A DNA stretch of 64,000 bases, taken from NCBI GenBank assembly GCA_963707215.1, contig CAVPPB010000001.1, forward strand, positions 736,001-800,000, in the 5' to 3' direction. This stretch comes from an uncultured Chloroflexia bacterium. GTDB taxonomy: Bacteria > Chloroflexota > Limnocylindria > Limnocylindrales > CSP1-4. Both the position numbers and the translations under genes were made by a program. Below the pieces are notes generated by a model, which searched no databases, was not told the origin of the DNA, and saw only the letters and a program-made list of their open reading frames with translations. This document shows positions 27,405-37,176 of this stretch, one piece after another; the stretch's first letter is position 1; every line of letters starts with the position of its first letter.

Positions 27405-27542
27405 CGAGGGCCGGTCAGCGGGCCGGATCCGGGGTGCCGCGGGGCGACGCGAGGACCCGGCGGCCCGGTAGCATCGGCGCCACGGGTCTCGCCGGATCGG
27501 CGGTCCCGACGGCCGGATCGAGGAGCCCGAGCAGCTCGAGCG

Positions 27543-28919
27543 ATGAGTACCGACGACGCGATGACCACCGGGACTGTCCAGCCCTCCATCGAGGCCCGGC
27601 TGGCCCGGGCCGGGCTGCCCCCGCTCCTCCGCCAGGCCTGGCTGGAGGTAGACCTCGACGCGCTCGCCGGTAACGCCCGGGCCCTGCGGACGCTCGTGCC
27701 GGACGGGACGCGCCTCGGGATCGTCGTGAAGGCCGACGGCTACGGCCACGGGCTGGAAGCTGCGGCGCGGGCAGCGGTTCGTGGCGGGGCCGACCTCCTG
27801 CTGGTCGCGACCCTTGACGAGGCGCTCGCCCTGCGGGGCTTCGATTTCGGGGGGCGCGTCCTGGTGCTGTATCCGATCCCGTCGGGATCGATCGGGGCCG
27901 CGGTCGCGGCAGACCTCGAACTCGTCGTCGCCGATGACGCGTCGGTCGAGGTGATGGCGGCATGGCTGCGGACATCGGGTCGGTCCGCCGCGGCGAGCGC
28001 GGGTCGGTCCGCGACTGCCTCCCCCACCCCACGCGTCCACCTGGGCATCGACAGCGGCATGGGCCGAGGCGGCCTGGCGCCCTCGGAGGCCGGCTCGGCG
28101 GCCCGTCGGCTGCTCGATGCCGGGCTGTCGAGCCTCGCCGGTACCTGGTCCCACCTCGCCTCGCCGGAGGATCGGGCGGTCGCGGCGGGGCAGGTCGAGC
28201 GGTTCGAGGCGGCGCTGAGGGCGCTCGGCGCAGCCGGCATCCACCCGGGAGAGCGCCATCTCGACGCGACCGGGGGCCTGCTCAGCGGTGGTGGCCCGGC
28301 GTACGACCTCGTCCGGATCGGGCTCGCGTTCTTTGGGCTCGTGCAACCGGAGCTGACCATCCCGGAGGCACCACCCGAGCTGCGGCGCGTCGCGGACGGC
28401 CTCCGGCCTGCCCTCGCGTTGCGTGGACGGGCAACCACGATCACCACCATCCCCGCCGGCTCGAGCGTCGGGTACGCGGGCACCTGGACCGCCGGACGCG
28501 AGTCGGTCGTGGCGACCATCCCGGTCGGCTACGCGGACGGCTGGGCGCGGGCCTACTCGCCGGGAAGCTGGGCCCTTGCGCGTGGCATGCCGATCCCGGT
28601 CATCGGGCGCGTCAGCAGCGATGCCCTTGCCCTCGACGTGACCGACGTGGCGGGGTTCGGGCCGGAGGACGAGGTCACCATGATCGGCGTCCAGGCGGCG
28701 GCCGATGGTGCGGACACCGCCGGCCCGGCGGACCCGGCTGCCCCGGCGGGCGCGAACGCCGCCCCGATGACCGTCCACGACCTGGCCACGCTGCGCGGCT
28801 CGATCGCCTGGGAGGTGCTCGACTCCTTCAGCCCGCGGCTCTCGCGGGTGTACCTGGAGCGCGGCCAGGTCGTCGGGGTCCGCCACCTCGATGGCGTGAC
28901 ACGCTTCGTCGGACGCTGA
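27543..28919 (+). CDS. alr: Alanine racemase
   Basis: PLP Lys motif VVKADGYGHG, HLGIDSGMGRGG, WSHLA, LVRIG, VGYAG, PVGYADG, IGRVSSD. Confidence 0.93.
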   Translation: MSTDDAMTTGTVQPSIEARLARAGLPPLLRQAWLEVDLDALAGNARALRTLVPDGTRLGIVVKADGYGHGLEAAARAAVRGGADLLLVATLDEALALRGFDFGGRVLVLYPIPSGSIGAAVAADLELVVADDASVEVMAAWLRTSGRSAAASAGRSATASPTPRVHLGIDSGMGRGGLAPSEAGSAARRLLDAGLSSLAGTWSHLASPEDRAVAAGQVERFEAALRALGAAGIHPGERHLDATGGLLSGGGPAYDLVRIGLAFFGLVQPELTIPEAPPELRRVADGLRPALALRGRATTITTIPAGSSVGYAGTWTAGRESVVATIPVGYADGWARAYSPGSWALARGMPIPVIGRVSSDALALDVTDVAGFGPEDEVTMIGVQAAADGADTAGPADPAAPAGANAAPMTVHDLATLRGSIAWEVLDSFSPRLSRVYLERGQVVGVRHLDGVTRFVGR

Positions 28920-29066
28920 GCGGTCGAGGGCGGCGGGTCGATCCGAGGGCCTGACGCCCACGACAGTCGGGTCGGCGCAACCCCCGGTACGTGCTCTCGG
29001 CGCGACGAACGTCGGCCCTGCATGCCCCTGCCCGCATGACGGGCGGGAGCGCCCGCGATCCCCCGG

Positions 29067-29088
29067 TCGGGTCTGGGCATACCCGCAT
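29067..29088 (+). repeat. Dispersed 22-bp motif, copy 2 (TCGGGTCTGGGCATACCCGCAT)
   Basis: Matches copies at 11036, 49473 and 51631. Confidence 0.75.
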
Positions 29089-29140
29089 ACAGCAGCCGGG
29101 CGACGATCGCGCCGCGGTCCTGGGCATGGCGCTAGACGGG

Positions 29141-29222
29141 CTGCGGCGACCGAGCGGCGGCAGTCGGGCGGCGACCGAGCGGCGGCAGTCGAGCTGCGGC
29201 GACCGAGCGGCGGCAGTCGAGC
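29141..29222. repeat. Tandem ~26-29-bp repeat GCGGCGACCGAGCGGCGGCAGTCG x3
   Basis: Read directly; lies between the convergent alr and pckG genes. Confidence 0.9.
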
Positions 29223-29233
29223 CGCCGCGACGG

Positions 29234-31094
29234 CTAGCCTCCCAGGCGCTCCCCGAGCTGGGTGAGGTGCCCGGCCAGCTCGGCGCGGGCAGCCGGTCGC
29301 CGAAGCGCGCGTAGTGCTCCTCGAGCTGGGGCAGCTCCCGGGCCCAGGCGGCCTCGTCGACCCGGAGGAGCTCGGCCAGGTCGCTCGCCGTCGATCTCCA
29401 GGCCGATCGAGGCTCAGGTGGTCCGGTCGCGGGCAGCCAGCCGATCGGCGTCTCCTCGGCCTCGACCTCGCCGTCGCAGCGGCGGAACATCCACTCCAGG
29501 ACCCGGCTGTTCTCACCGAAGCCCGGCCACAGGAAGCGGCCGTCGGCATCGCGGCGGAACCAGTTGACGTAGAAGATCCGCGGCAGCTTGTCGGGCGACG
29601 TGGCCCGCCCGACATCGAGCCAGTGGCGCCCAGTAGTCGGCCATGTTGTAGCCGCAGAACGGGAGCATGGCGAAGGGGTCGAAGCGCAGCTTGCCGACCT
29701 CGCCGAAGGCCGCCGCGGTCGTCTCCGAGCTCATGATCGAGCCCATGAAGACGCCGTGCTCCCAGTCGAAGGCCTCGCGGACCAGCGGCACGACCGTCGG
29801 CCCGCCGGCCACCGAACATGATCGCCGTCGATCGGCACGCCGGCCGGGTCCTCCCACTCGGGGGCGATCGCCGGGTCCTGGCTGGCCGGCACCGTGAAGC
29901 GGGCGTTCGGGTGGGCGGCCGGGCGGCCGGCCTCGGGCGTCCAGTCCTGGCCCTTCCAGTCGATGAGGTGCTCCGGCGGCGCCTCGGTCAGCCCCTCCCA
30001 CCAGACGTCGTCGTCGTCGGTGAGGGCGACGTTGGTGAAGATGGAGTTGCCGTGCAGCGTGCGGATGGCGTTGGGGTTGGTCTTCTCGCTGGTGCCCGGG
30101 GCGACGCCGAAGAAGCCGGCCTCGGGGTTGATGGCGTAGAGCCGGCCGTCCTCGCCGAAGCGCATCCAGCAGATGTCGTCGCCGACCGTCTCGACCTTCC
30201 AGCCGGGCAGGGTCGGGACGAGCATCGCCAGGTTCGTCTTGCCGCAGGCGGACGGGAACGCCCCGGCGAAGTACTTCACCCGGCCCTCGGGCGCGGTGAC
30301 CTTGATGATGAGCATGTGCTCGGCCAGCCAGCCCTCGTCGCGGGCGATGACCGAGGCGATCCGCAGCGCGTAGCACTTCTTGCCCAGCAGGGCGTTGCCG
30401 CCGTAGCCGGACCCGTACGACCAGATCTCGCGGGTCTCGGGGAAGTGGACGATGTACTTCGTCTCGGCATCGCACGGCCAGGGCACGTCGGCGTCGCCGG
30501 GCTCGAGCGGCGCGCCGACCGAGTGGAGGCAGGGCACGAAGTCGCCGGTCGCGCGGATCGCCTCGAGGGCCGCGCGCGCCCATGCGGGTCATGATCCGCA
30601 TGTTGGCGACGACGTAGGCGCGAGTCGGTGATCTCGACGCCGAGGCGGCTGATGGGCGAGCCGAGGGGGCCCATCGAGAACGGGATGACGTACATCGTGC
30701 GGCCGCGCATCGAGCCGCGGAAGAGGTCGGTGAGCGTCGCGCGCATCTCGTCGGGGTCGTGCCAGTTGTTGGTGGGGCCGGCGTCGACGGCGTCGCGCGA
30801 GCAGATGAAGGTGCGGTCCTCGACGCGCGCGACGTCGCTCGGATCGGAGCGGGCCAGGAAGCTGTTCGGGTCGCTTCGACGGGGTCGAGCGGGATGAAGG
30901 TGCCCGGCCGCGACGAGCTCCTGGCAGAGCGCCTCGTACTCCTCGTCCGAGCCGTCGCACCAGTGGACGCGCTCGGGCCGGTCAGCGCGGCGACCTCGTC
31001 GACCCAGCGCGACGAGCTCCGGCATCCCCTCCGGCCGGTCCATGCCGCGGTGCCGCTTCGCCGCCGCGCCGCTCTCCGTCGCCAGTGCAGTCAT
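29234..31094 (-). CDS. pckG: Phosphoenolpyruvate carboxykinase (GTP), with several frameshifts
   Basis: Fragments over three frames: [97 protein letters not shown]. Confidence 0.9.
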
Positions 31095-31364
31095 GTCCGT
31101 TTCACTCCCGATCGACGCGTGCTCGTTTGACACATTCCATCCGGGGACGCAGTCCGACCCGGACCCGCTCGGCCGGGGCCGGATGATGGCGACCGTACCG
31201 CGAGATGCGGCGTCCGGCCGTGGGCCGACCCGCCCTCCGGGCATGGGCCGAGACGCCCGAATGGCCGTGGGGTGGTGGGCTCGGCGGCGAGGTGACTCGC
31301 TCATGCGGGCATCAACCGGCGGCCACTTCGCGCTCGGTCGGGCGCTCGGTCTGTGGTCGGGGTT

Positions 31365-31664
31365 CTACCCCTCCTGCCGAGGCCGCCGCGGGCGGAGGAA
31401 TGGTTTCGGGCGTTCGGACGTCGGGTCGGGCGGGTACGGGCCGTCCCAGATGATCGTCTCGGGAGCGAGGTCGAGGCCGCCCGGCCAGACGAGGGTGCCG
31501 TAGTCGACCGAGACCCGGCGGAACAGGTCCTCGTCCCGAGCGAGCGGCTCGAGGACCCCCTCCCCGAGGAGGTCGGTCAGGTCGCGGTCCACCACGGAGC
31601 CATCGGTCAGGGTCAAGCGGACCGACCGGCCTTCGAGCGGCTCGACGGACTGGATCTCGATCAT
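31365..31664 (-). CDS. DUF2442-family protein (putative antitoxin)
   Basis: VEPL...LTLTDG...F..V.V..GTLVWPGGLDLAPE pattern; directly downstream of a DUF4160 gene. Confidence 0.85.
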   Translation of the reverse strand: MIEIQSVEPLEGRSVRLTLTDGSVVDRDLTDLLGEGVLEPLARDEDLFRRVSVDYGTLVWPGGLDLAPETIIWDGPYPPDPTSERPKPFLRPRRPRQEG

Positions 31665-31673
31665 GCCGGGATG

Positions 31674-31931
31674 CTAGTCCAGGGGCGCGATCGGGACCAG
31701 TGGCCGATGGTGCCGCGCGAGCTCCCAGTCGGCGACAAGCTCATCCCGGTGAAGCCGAGCCCAGACGCGCACCAACTCGGTCGCCCGGCGAGGGAACGCA
31801 CCGGCCATCGGCTCGCCATCGATGAAGAACGTCGCGCGGGCGTCGCCGTACCGAGCGTGGAAGTGGGGCGGATGGTGATCCGCGTAGTCGATCGTGATCA
31901 CGATGCCGTAGAAGCGAGATATCTCGGGCAT
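31674..31931 (-). CDS. DUF4160-family protein (putative toxin)
   Basis: MPEISRFYGIVI..DHHPPHFHARYG..W..LH..EL..W..IAPL signature. Confidence 0.9.
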   Translation of the reverse strand: MPEISRFYGIVITIDYADHHPPHFHARYGDARATFFIDGEPMAGAFPRRATELVRVWARLHRDELVADWELARHHRPLVPIAPLD

Positions 31932-32056
31932 GCTCCGGACGGTGGTGGCGATCGATCACCCGAGGCTTCGCGGCCGCTCACCCCGCCCTCACCCGACGGC
32001 GCCGGCAGTGCCCGGCGGATGTCTTCGCCGCGCTGCCCGTCCACGCAACGCGGCGG

Positions 32057-32476
32057 TCATCCGCCGCCCTCCCCGTCGCCTCGGCGCCGTCGTGCCCGCT
32101 CCTCGACCTCGGCCCAGGCGGCGGCCGTCACCCGATCCTGGTAGCGGCGAAGGTCGTCGTCGAGGGGAAGCGAGGTGAACTGCGGCGAGGGCCGGCGGCC
32201 GGGTGGGGTGTCGCAGGCGTGGCCCATGATCCCGAAGTACGGCACGTGGCGCCAGCGCCGGCTGTGCGGGTCGTAGTAGTCGCTGATGGGCCGGTGCAGG
32301 TTCGTCCCGCACCAGTTGCAGCGGACGCCCTGGCAGGGGCACGCGGACACGGCGCCGGCGCGTGTGGTCCCGCGGACCTCGCCGCAGGTCTCGCACCAGC
32401 GGAGCCCCGCGGGGAGGGGCCGACGCGGGCGCGGCCGACGTCCCTCCGCCCCGACGCGACGGTCCGGCCCGCTCAC
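32057..32476 (-). CDS. Hypothetical Cys-rich (zinc-binding) protein
   Basis: CETC, CPC, CNWC, HAC motifs; GTG start overlaps the stop of the SWIM gene. Confidence 0.55.
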   Translation of the reverse strand: MSGPDRRVGAEGRRPRPRRPLPAGLRWCETCGEVRGTTRAGAVSACPCQGVRCNWCGTNLHRPISDYYDPHSRRWRHVPYFGIMGHACDTPPGRRPSPQFTSLPLDDDLRRYQDRVTAAAWAEVEERARRRRGDGEGGG

Positions 32477-32999
32477 CGGGCCACCGCCTTGCCGGCTTCG
32501 CGGGCGTGGGTGCAGTTGCCGCGGTAGCTGAAGCCCGGGCAGGTGCACGAGGCGACCCCGGCGACGATCCGGACGACGTTGACCTCGCCCGGGCGCGACT
32601 TGCTGGGGAACTCGATGACCCGCTCGACGTCGGTCACCGAGGCGAGCCCCCGGCCGCTCCGGGCGAGCAGGTCCAGGACGTCGCCGAGGAGGCCCATCGA
32701 GCCGCCGTCGGTCGCCGCGGCGACGCGCTCGGCCTGGACGATGCCGAGCTTCGCCCAGTCGGGCCGCTCGCCGGTCACGGCCGCCTCCACGACCGCCTCG
32801 ACGAGGCTGGCCCGGTCGGCCGCCTCGGCATCGAGGACGCCGATGAGCCGGGCCTTCTGCTCGAGCAGGGCGGCGACGAAGTCGTCGAGGGTGCCCTCGG
32901 CCACGAGGTAGGTGACGAACGCCGGCCGGGTCTGGCCGATGCGGTAGATCCGGTCCTCGGCCTGCCAGTGGTTGGCCGGGACCCAGTCGAGGTCGTTGC
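32473..32999 (-). pseudogene. 3' remnant of an SNF2-family helicase with C-terminal SWIM zinc finger (5' part missing)
   Basis: NDLDWVPANHWQAEDRIYRIGQ (SNF2 motif VI region), VTYLVAEGTLDD, SWIM CTCPGFSYRGNCTH; homology stops abruptly at ~33000. Confidence 0.8.
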
Positions 33000-33030
33000 A
33001 CCTCGGGATGGCGCGCCGGTTGCCGTGCCG

Positions 33031-34679
33031 TCAACTGCCTCGACCAACGTCCCACCCTCGATCGAGGTCCTCGCCGAGGCCGGCCGCCGCGTCGCCGACG
33101 CCTACCGAGTTGGATCCAGCGTTCCTCACGTACCTGTGAGGGCCGATGAACCCGATGTGGACCTTGCCGGTCACGCCCCCGGTGTCGTCGTAGAAGTAGA
33201 TACGCGGCGTGAGGGTCCCACCGGCTTGGGCTACCTTGATGTGCGCGTCCATCAGCTGCGTCTTCTCCCCGCGCACGCGAGGGTCGATCGGGAAGCGGCG
33301 ATCGCCGACGAACGCCTGCATCGCGGTGTCGCTGTCCGACATGGCGAGCGTGCGAGCAGTCGCGGGCCATGCAAGCGGGTGGCCCGAGTGCTCACACCAC
33401 TCCCAGAACCCGCCAGGGCGGTCGCGGTCCACGGCGTAGAGGTGCAGCGCTCGCAGAGCGTGCCAGATCTTGCGTCCCCAGACGGCGGCCTGGGGAGCGG
33501 TGTCGAGCTCGCCGACCGTCGAGGTCGCGGTCTCCGGGACGACGACGAGAGAGAGGTGCTGGCGCGCGAGACGCACGGCATCGCTGGGATCCCCAGCCGT
33601 GTCCGGCAACCCGGCTCCTGCCTGTTCGGCTGTGAGGGCTCGCTCTCCCTGCAGCTGTTGCGCGATGTACGCGACGGTGCCGCGCAGGTGCTCGTTCTCC
33701 CTCGCCGCGTCCTCGAGGTCCATGATCGCAAGGATCTTCTCGTCCTCGGCCTGCTTGGCGACGGAGCGTAGCCGTTCCGTCTCCATGACAGCCTCGTCCC
33801 ACAGCGACTCGAGTTCCTCGACCGATCGGTGCGCTCCGCTGCCCGTGAGTAGCCGGCGGACCTGCTCGTACTCCGCGGGCGCTCGACGGGCAGCGATCGA
33901 GAGTGCGAGTCTCTCCGCGATGACGCGGCCAGCGGTCTCCCACGACCTCGACGCGACGGCCGGAGGAACCACGAAGTGTCGCCATGGGGCTTCGTCGCTC
34001 CCGGCACCGGGCAGGAACACGCGCACGGCGCCGGGATCCACTGTGAGGTCCGGTCCGAGCGCCTCTGCAAGAGCCGCGACGGCATCGGACTCGAGCAGCC
34101 CGACCGACGCGACCCCCGTCAGCCTCCGGATCGTCATTCGCGCTCGCCCCTCGGCCTCGCGCTGGTCACTGCCATCGGGCGTGACGACCACGACCGGCAT
34201 GTCGCGGCCAGGATCGAGGATGAAGTCAGCGGCGATCCGAGCGGTCTCGGCGTCCCAGACCCGGTACTCCGTTCCGATCGGAACGGACCCCGCTCTGCGG
34301 GTTGCGGGCGGCCCGGAGGAGCTCCCTCACGAGCCTCGGGGGGTGAGCCTGCGGTGCTGCGAAGGCGTCCACGCACACCATCTCGAGGTCGACCCAGAAC
34401 GCCGGTCGCGCCTCCGGCGACTCCAAGACCACCAGGGTGGTGGTCCACCGCTCGTCATCGGTGTCCTCGTGGAGCACGCAGCGTAGGGCCTCCACGCCGC
34501 CCGAGGAGGCGCGAGTGACGATCACGTCCACCTTGGCACCGTCAGGCTTGCTGGCCACGCCCTCGGTCGGCGGCATGAACTGGTGCTTGCTCGCCAGCCA
34601 GTCGGCGAACTCGGCGAAGCCGCGATCGATCGCGCCTCCGGCATCCTCGCGCCAGATCGCCCGGTACGACGAGCGCCAC
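33031..34679 (-). CDS. Hypothetical coiled-coil protein with a putative RelE-like C-terminal nuclease (frameshifted)
   Basis: GGAGGAG RBS before GTG 34679; fragments YRAIW..WLASK, WTTTLVV..WVDLE..PRLVREL, PVVVVT..GAVRVFLPG, coiled coil, then HIK..PRIYFYDD..KVHIGFIGPH; the RelE call is inference. Confidence 0.6.
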
Positions 34680-34968
34680 TGCTTGCTCCTCCGTGGCTAT
34701 GCCGCAACGGCCCCGCACGTTCGGCAGGCGTACTTGAGCGTGCCCCGGACCATCCGAGGTGCCGCCAGGACATCTGCACCGAACATCCTGTCCACTCAGC
34801 CCTCTTGGGGCAAGTCGGCGCGGAGCTCCTCAACCTTGTGGTCGGTCACCAGCACGGGTCTGGCGACCACGTTGGCCGTCAGATCACGAAGCGCCCAAAG
34901 CGCGGGTCGCGCAGGCAGAGATCGCTTCCACGGCTTCGTTCTGAGCAGGACATGAACCAGTCGAGCGG

Positions 34969-37176
34969 TCACCGGGCCCCGCACGACTGGCAGATGAAGG
35001 CGAGCTTCACGCCCCGTCCCACTCGGGCGACGCGAGCACGTCCGCCCCGAACATCCGGTCGACCCAGCCCGGCTCGGATGAGCCCGACTCGAGCGACGCA
35101 GACTCGCCGGCACGAGGACCGGGACCCAACCCCGCATGTCGCACACGCATCGAGGCGCCACTGCGTAGAGCACTCTGGGCATTCGGCGGTGAAACGGCCG
35201 GCGCTGCCGTCGAAGTCCCGGTTGGCGTCGATGCGGTGGCGGACACCGTGACAGTAGTATATGCAGCAACCACGATCCAGCAGCATCGACGCCGAGCCGA
35301 CACCGTCGACGAAGGCCTGGAGACGCTCGGCCTCTGCCCGCGCCTCCATCACCGGCTCCGCGGCGGCGCAAGGACATCGGCCGGCGAAGGTTCCGCCCTC
35401 CGCGGGCCGAGCGTCCCGCGCGCTGGGCCTCGCGCAATGCCACCCCCGCGGATTCGTACTGGGCCTCGAGCTCAGCCAGGCCGAACTCGTCCCAGGCCTC
35501 GGCCGCCGCGGTGAGCATGCGGTCGATGTCCTCCCTCGGCGGGAGCGCGACCACTAGGGTCGTGCCGGCTTCCACGTGTATCCACCGGGCGCGGCGCATC
35601 GCCTCGGTGGGCGGCGTTGTGGTCGCCGGCGGATACGCCTCGAAGCGCCCGGCCATCACCGACCAGCGGAGCTGTCCGGCCGCTCGTTCCGACGCTCCCG
35701 ATGTCCCACGTCGAGACCGGGATCAACCCGGCGCGTCGGCTGGGATCGCCGGGGACCTCATGGGACAAGGCGAAGAGTCGGCGCCACAGATCGGCGTCGA
35801 ACCGACCGCTGCCTCGGCTGACGGCAGGGGTCGGGTACAGGACGACGGTCGATCGCCCGGAGTCGGCTGCCCTGACCAAGGCGTCGGCGTCGCCGGGAGC
35901 GAGTTCGGACAGCGCCGCGCACATCGGCACGATGCGTAGAGGACCGACGTCGGCGCCGTTCAACTCGATGACGCGCATCTCGTCGTCCCACGCCGCGAAC
36001 AGTGCATCCTGGCCCCGGGCACGGATCGCAAGGCGCCCGGAGTCGAGCCGGTCTTCGAGGTTGACGGGTTCGAACCCCAGTTGCTCCAAGCCGCGAAGGA
36101 CGAGCAGAAGCGCGAACCGGTGGAAGGCCAGCGACAGCTGCTGCATGTCTTCGTAGACTCCCGAGGCGTGACCCGCTCCCGGCCTAGATGCGCCCAGTCG
36201 CGCCAGAGGTCGGCGACCCGCCGATATCGGAGGTCGTCCGTAGAGGAGGTTCGTGGCGGTCAGTGATGCCCCCGACCTCGGCGCGTCTCGGGACTTCCCG
36301 GTAGAGGACCGAGTCCTTGAGGCCGCCGACACGCTGGCGGAGCAGGTCCAAGTCGCGGAGCGTTCGCTCTGCGGTCCGGCGTGCCTCGCTTGCGTCGATC
36401 GACTCGCCCCAAAGGCGATAGAGGCGTTGCTGTCGCCAGATCGAGCCGCCGGCCGTGCTGGCCCGGTAGTCGCTCGCCTCCTGGAAGACGCGGATGAGGC
36501 GAGTGACCTCCTGGATGCGATGCTCGAGGTACGTGGAGAGACGGTCGACGAGACGCGCCGCGACCCGGTTCTCATAGATGTCGAACCTGTCGTCCCGGAC
36601 GACGGCGAGGATCCGGCGCGGGACGACGGAGCGCAGCGTGCGCCGCTCCCAGTCCTCGGTGTGCGCCGCGAGGTAGTTGGCCGCGCCGGGCGCGACACGA
36701 CGGGCCCGGGAGACGGCCATCCGCTCGACCTCGACGTCGAGCTTGGTCCGGGGACGCCGGCACACCGCCTCCAGGTGCCTCAAGCGTTCCCCGAGCTGAC
36801 GCTCGTGTGGCTGGAGGTCCGCGCGTTCGGACATACCCGGCTGGAGCGGTGAGAGCTCGGTCGCGTCGAGCCACGAACCGCCCGCCTCTATGGCCTCGCC
36901 GAGTGCGCCACCCACGGCCGTGAAGCCGCGCACGTCGAGCGGATCCGGGATCTGAGCCTTGCCTATCGAACCCTCGGTGCGGGCGGCGCCATCGCCGGCG
37001 AGCGTCCAGCGGCCGCTGGCATCGGGGACCAGGAAGCTCGGGGACGTGACCGGGAACGTGTTCTGGAGAAGCAGGCCCTCTCCCGAGGGTCGCACGAGGA
37101 AGCGACCGAGGACGACGGGCTCGGTCGGTCGGTCGTCGCTCGTCCCTGTCAGCCGGTCGCGGACCTCGGCGGTCAC
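34969..37176 (-). CDS. McrC-like/DUF2357 protein with C-terminal Zn ribbons (CnuC/CnuCD-like), frameshifted
   Basis: HLEAVCRRPR..L..VSRARR..YLAAHTEDW..P.RIL...DIYENRVAARLVD (DUF2357-like); C-terminal CPEC, CATC, CQSC; GTG start overlaps the McrB stop. Confidence 0.7.

Noticed and set aside
27003-29819. 1476-aa GMC ORF as a giant fusion
   Set aside because: The extension is antisense to alr; an AAGGAGG RBS marks the TTG start at 27002.
29234-31094. pckG and nifJ as true pseudogenes or programmed frameshifts
   Set aside because: Multiple scattered indels without slippery-site logic, in otherwise conserved genes; sequencing error is more parsimonious.
34740-34960. Short coding-like stretch (..ALRDLTANVVARPVLVTDHKVEEL..) inside the island
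   Set aside because: No clear start or recognisable domain; may be a remnant but cannot be supported.
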